Shown here piece after piece: positions 63,621-64,000 of a stretch of DNA of 64,000 nucleotides. The translations under genes were made by a program, and so were the position numbers. Under the pieces are notes generated by a model that saw only the letters and a program-made list of their open reading frames with translations, did no database searches and was not told the origin of the DNA. The stretch is taken from NCBI GenBank assembly GCA_934130085.1, contig CAKOXK010000002.1:4613-68612 (forward strand). The letters are read 5' to 3'. Source of the stretch: an uncultured Clostridia bacterium. Lineage in GTDB: Bacteria; Bacillota; Clostridia; TANB77; CAG-508. Within the stretch, counting starts at the first letter, position 1, and every line of letters starts with the position of its first letter.

Positions 63621-64000
63621 TTACTCTGCTTCATCATCTTCTCTGTTAACTATATTAGGTCCAACTATTTTTTCAATTCTTGCTTTTTCTGTTACCGCTA
63701 AGTCATACATCTTTTTGCTCCATGTTGTTTCTTGGTTTTCATAGGATTCTATTATTCCATTTAAATCAAGTAACTCATATCTGTCTTTTGCATTTGTTCC
63801 ATTATCATAATCATATACAGGCGCATATTTTGCATGGTCTATTGATATTCTGTTATTTTTTCCATCTTTTCTTATTTTTATATTTAATATTAAAGTATTT
63901 CTTGTATTAGGAAATGTCTGTGCTGAGAAAAAGTTTCCCATTGAGTAAATAACTACTCCCTCTTTTTTGCTGCCATCATCCATTGTTACTTCTTTCATTT
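63621..64000 (-). CDS. 3' portion of a gene continuing beyond the window end; possibly CapA/PGA-cap-like C-terminus
   Basis: The ORF runs to the window edge. VIYSMGNFFS resembles the CapA-family C-terminal motif; weak. Confidence 0.35.
   Translation of the reverse strand, partial: MKEVTMDDGSKKEGVVIYSMGNFFSAQTFPNTRNTLILNIKIRKDGKNNRISIDHAKYAPVYDYDNGTNAKDRYELLDLNGIIESYENQETTWSKKMYDLAVTEKARIEKIVGPNIVNREDDEAE

Overview
Low-GC (roughly 28% GC) Firmicutes chromosome segment, Clostridium-like. Nearly all genes are on the minus strand. From the left it contains: a 3' partial pgi; a Wzx/Wzy-type cell-wall polysaccharide locus of about 18 kb (rfbBCAD for dTDP-rhamnose, Wzx flippase, DegT aminotransferase, SDR epimerase, ATP-grasp ligase, WecF-like GT56, three GT2 enzymes, an EpsG-type polymerase, the initiating sugar-phosphate transferase and two LCP proteins); the hrcA-grpE-dnaK-dnaJ operon with CIRCE operators; a cyclophilin PPIase; disA-radA; a GH15-like hydrolase; a beta-CASP MBL ribonuclease; and ftsK. 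The most notable region is a complete diversity-generating retroelement (DGR) at about 41.5-44.1 kb. It comprises a reverse transcriptase with the DGR-type IGxxxSQ and YMDD motifs, an Avd four-helix-bundle gene, and a 140-bp template repeat (TR). The variable repeat (VR) sits at the extreme C-terminus of a small secreted target protein and differs from the TR at 12 positions, all at TR adenines on the coding strand. A large pilin-like protein with triple tandem domains is translationally coupled downstream of the RT. A perfect 30-bp inverted repeat pair brackets about 155 bp upstream of the target gene and may be an invertible switch. The right third of the window is the S10-spc-alpha ribosomal protein, secY-adk-map-infA-rpmJ and rpoA-rplQ cluster. 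A 140-bp palindromic GC-cored repeat element, not previously noted, occurs three times at operon 3' ends. Several intergenic 7-bp AT-rich tandem repeats are also present. No tRNA, rRNA, CRISPR array or transposase was detected.
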